DNA of 63,722 bases, counting the filler. It is 9 parts of 9 records of this genome, joined end to end, with 100 filler letters (N's around TTAATTAATTAA, not from the genome) between each part and the next. Parts side by side here need not be neighbours in the genome. Positions count along the whole stretch, not along the records: positions 60,391 to 63,722 come from SRR20825010_260; 8 more parts are not named here. One strand, 5' to 3'. Positions 61,678 through 63,722 of the stretch are shown one piece after another. Below the pieces are notes generated by a model. It was not told where the DNA came from. It searched no databases and saw only the letters and a program-made list of their open reading frames with translations. A program made the translations under genes and the position numbers. Numbering within the stretch: the first letter of the stretch is position 1; every line of letters begins with the position of its first letter.

Positions 61678-62237
61678 CGATCAGGGGGGGGCGTCCCTTG
61701 CAATGCCATTTTCCTCATGATCCGGTCTGCGATATCCGCCGGATCGCCGCTGGAAATCTCGATATGCTGCGCAAATCTCTCGTAAACTCGCATGCGTGCC
61801 AGAAATTTCTGGCGTTCTTGATGTTCGTTCAGGCCAAGCCCGCGTTCAGACTGACGCTTTGCCACGATGTCTGCTGCCTTTTGGCGGTCGTGCGAGGGGG
61901 CGAGCAGAACCGTTGTTCCCAAACGCTGGACAGCTTCGCGATTTGCCTCAACCACTTCTGCGGCTTCTTCGATGATGAGAAAGCCGGAGGATAGTGAAAT
62001 GACGGTATCGCGTTGGCAATTATTGACGATCTCGTGAAAGCAGCGCGCATTCGCAATCACATATTCCCGATATCCATAGTTCGCGATGAAAACGCGAATA
62101 TTTTCAACCTGTTCGCAAAAGTAATCATCGAGGTCGATACAGTCATATCCAAGCCGCGGCGCAAGCTGTTTGGCCGTCGTTGTTTTTCCGACGCCACCGG
62201 GGCCGATCAAAAAGATGAAATCTTTGGCAATATCTAT
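61623..62237 (-). CDS. Shikimate-kinase-like P-loop kinase with ATA at the apparent start
   Basis: IFLIGPGGVGKTT, IDLD, SSG; no canonical start upstream of the P-loop strand. Confidence 0.7.
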   Translation of the reverse strand: MDIAKDFIFLIGPGGVGKTTTAKQLAPRLGYDCIDLDDYFCEQVENIRVFIANYGYREYVIANARCFHEIVNNCQRDTVISLSSGFLIIEEAAEVVEANREAVQRLGTTVLLAPSHDRQKAADIVAKRQSERGLGLNEHQERQKFLARMRVYERFAQHIEISSGDPADIADRIMRKMALQGTPPPDRYQYPSYCFISSAVFSKP

Positions 62238-62472
62238 GGTGCGGGCCTTTCTCTACGCCGGTTTAAATCATCAGTCTGGATATCAAACCTAGCATGATTT
62301 CCGGCATGTGGTGACAGGAGTTCCGAAGGGAATAGCCGACGCAGGGCTTCTGTCTGGCGTATCATCACTTCCTCCTCCGATCCGCGTCATTGAACGGATC
62401 GGTATCCGGAAAGGCTCTTTTCTTTCTGGCCGGTCCAATTTTGTCCAATGATCACATCAAAGGAGAAAAGTG

Positions 62473-62820
62473 ATGAGTATGATCGGACGAATTGCAATGG
62501 CGGTGTTTGCCCTTGGGGCCTTTGCCGCCTTGTCGCCTGCACCGGCATATGCCGCGTGCGTTGATGCAGACCTGTGCACGGAACAGGAATGCAATAATCG
62601 TCAGGCGGTGGTGCATCCGACCTGTGATCAGCCGCGTTCCTGTGGTGCAAATAACCTTACACAGGATGAGTTGCGCGCCCGTCTGGCGATCAATCAGGCC
62701 TGTCTTGCGGCACGTCAGAATGTCCAGGCGTGCTTCAGTGCCCCGGATGCTGGCCATAACGACTTCATTACCGGTGTGGAGGGTGTTATCGCGGTCTGCG
62801 AAAGCAAGATCACCGGTTAA
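62473..62820 (+). CDS. Small secreted Cys-rich protein, Ntox16-like
   Basis: AGGAGA RBS; signal peptide ending AYA; 8 Cys; C..AR......CF...DAGH. Confidence 0.7.
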   Translation: MSMIGRIAMAVFALGAFAALSPAPAYAACVDADLCTEQECNNRQAVVHPTCDQPRSCGANNLTQDELRARLAINQACLAARQNVQACFSAPDAGHNDFITGVEGVIAVCESKITG

Positions 62821-62845
62821 GTGCGAGCGTATGTGATTTGACGTG

Positions 62846-62870
62846 CGGGAACGGGGATGCCCCGTTCCCG
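62846..62870 (+). terminator. Perfect 11-bp hairpin downstream of the Cys-rich gene
   Basis: CGGGAACGGGG-ATG-CCCCGTTCCCG followed by TCCTTT. Confidence 0.6.
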
Positions 62871-62899
62871 TCCTTTGGCGGATAGGACGGAGGATGGTC

Positions 62900-63487
62900 A
62901 TGGTTTCGGATTATGCAGGCTGGCGGCGGTGGGTGTTTGATCATCCGGTTGCGGGCGAGGGTGAACGTCCGTGGTATTTCGCGGGCGGAGACATGGCGTT
63001 TGACCCGGAAGCAGATGTGGAAAGCGCGCTTCTGTGGGTGACGAAGCTGTTTGGCGAGGCAAATCTGTTGCCCGATGATTTCAGCATGGCGCAGATCGGG
63101 CAGGGGCTTTGGTTTCTGATTGATCCGTCGGGATCGAGCCATATGTTTGCGCTTACCAATCCGGCGATACCCTTTGCCAGACGCGCCAAGGGCATTGCCA
63201 GCATTGCAGCCCTTTATCAGGGGCTTTTTGATCCGAAATGCAGCCGGGCGACGGGCGGGCGGAAGCTTCACGGTATTTGTGCGGCGTTCTGGAGTGTTGC
63301 GCCGTTTGCCCCAATGGGACGCGAAGCCGCACCGACAGAGCAGGATCAGGCTTTTCTGGCGGTATTGGAAAAGATTGCGGTGCTGGAAAATCCGGTTTGC
63401 CGCAAATCGGTGCTTGAGGCGCTTGATTTCTGGAAAGGGGCCTATCCCGAACGGGCGCAAGCCATTCGGGCGAGGATAATGGGCTGA
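62900..63487 (+). CDS. Hypothetical protein
   Basis: GGAGG RBS 6 nt before ATG 62900; WVFDHPV, QGLWFL; no function recognised. Confidence 0.7.
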   Translation: MVSDYAGWRRWVFDHPVAGEGERPWYFAGGDMAFDPEADVESALLWVTKLFGEANLLPDDFSMAQIGQGLWFLIDPSGSSHMFALTNPAIPFARRAKGIASIAALYQGLFDPKCSRATGGRKLHGICAAFWSVAPFAPMGREAAPTEQDQAFLAVLEKIAVLENPVCRKSVLEALDFWKGAYPERAQAIRARIMG

Positions 63488-63722
63488 GGAATTTGCTTCT
63501 TCTGTTGCACCGGGCATTGGTGCCTGCAAGCGCCGCCTGAAACAAACCCGCCGACCCCGCGTTGCAGGGACAACGTGATTTTGCAAACAGGCAGCGAGGG
63601 TTGGCATGACGGACACAGGGCCGGGTTCCGTGGGCGGGATTGTGGCGCGGATCCGGGATCGGGCAGCGGGGCGGCGCGCGGTTTCGGTCGAGGATATGGT
63701 GGCCGTGCTGGGGCGGCGGAGT

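Noticed and set aside
62810-63616. 268-aa minus-strand ORF
   Set aside because: Overlaps the plus-strand gene, which has the RBS and protein-like composition
1-63722. tRNA, rRNA, CRISPR arrays, transposases, integrases, phage genes
   Set aside because: None recognised by eye; tRNAscan/Infernal/CRISPR finders would be needed to exclude them formally

Overview
The window is not one locus. It is nine unrelated bacterial contigs joined by eight identical 100-nt artificial linkers (N44-TTAATTAATTAA-N44), so no inference should cross a linker. Taxonomic labels below are impressions from gene content and sequence style. (1) 1-14638, planctomycete (Rhodopirellula-like): Tat-exported DUF3500-like protein, D-aminoacylase/serine-hydrolase fusion, FAAL-ACP, membrane protein, MATE, acnA, membrane-bound speE-like gene, GTAG-type repeats. 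(2) 14739-20386, alphaproteobacterium: LexA-boxed operon HhH-GPD glycosylase-imuA-imuB-dnaE2, a candidate sigma54-dependent ~100-nt sRNA, and a degenerate GGDEF protein. (3) 20487-24150: waaA-lpxK-lpxL. (4) 24251-27768: SDR/AraC pair and a CoA-transferase-crotonase-ferredoxin-deaminase run. (5) 27869-42174, alphaproteobacterial core region: clpA, HIT, GNAT, RidA, aguA, a sigma54-driven DGC, eipB, dinB, ROK, divK-pleD, an EcpR1-like sRNA, rpmG, MFS. (6) 42275-51525: GMC oxidoreductase, Bcr/CflA, orphan CoxL-like Mo subunit, metB-like gene, a structured-RNA candidate, LysR, GlcG-like, gatB. (7) 51626-55382: fragment of a PKS KS-AT-ACP-aminotransferase. (8) 55483-60290: Fe3+ ABC transporter and a hypothetical protein. 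(9) 60391-63722: excisionase-HTH/PIN pair, shikimate-kinase-like gene, secreted Ntox16-like protein, hypothetical protein. Best leads: the glycosylase-led mutasome operon with a clamp-motif-like N-terminus, three unannotated non-coding RNA candidates, and a stand-alone secreted Ntox16-like protein. All family assignments come from motifs recognised by eye; no searches were run.
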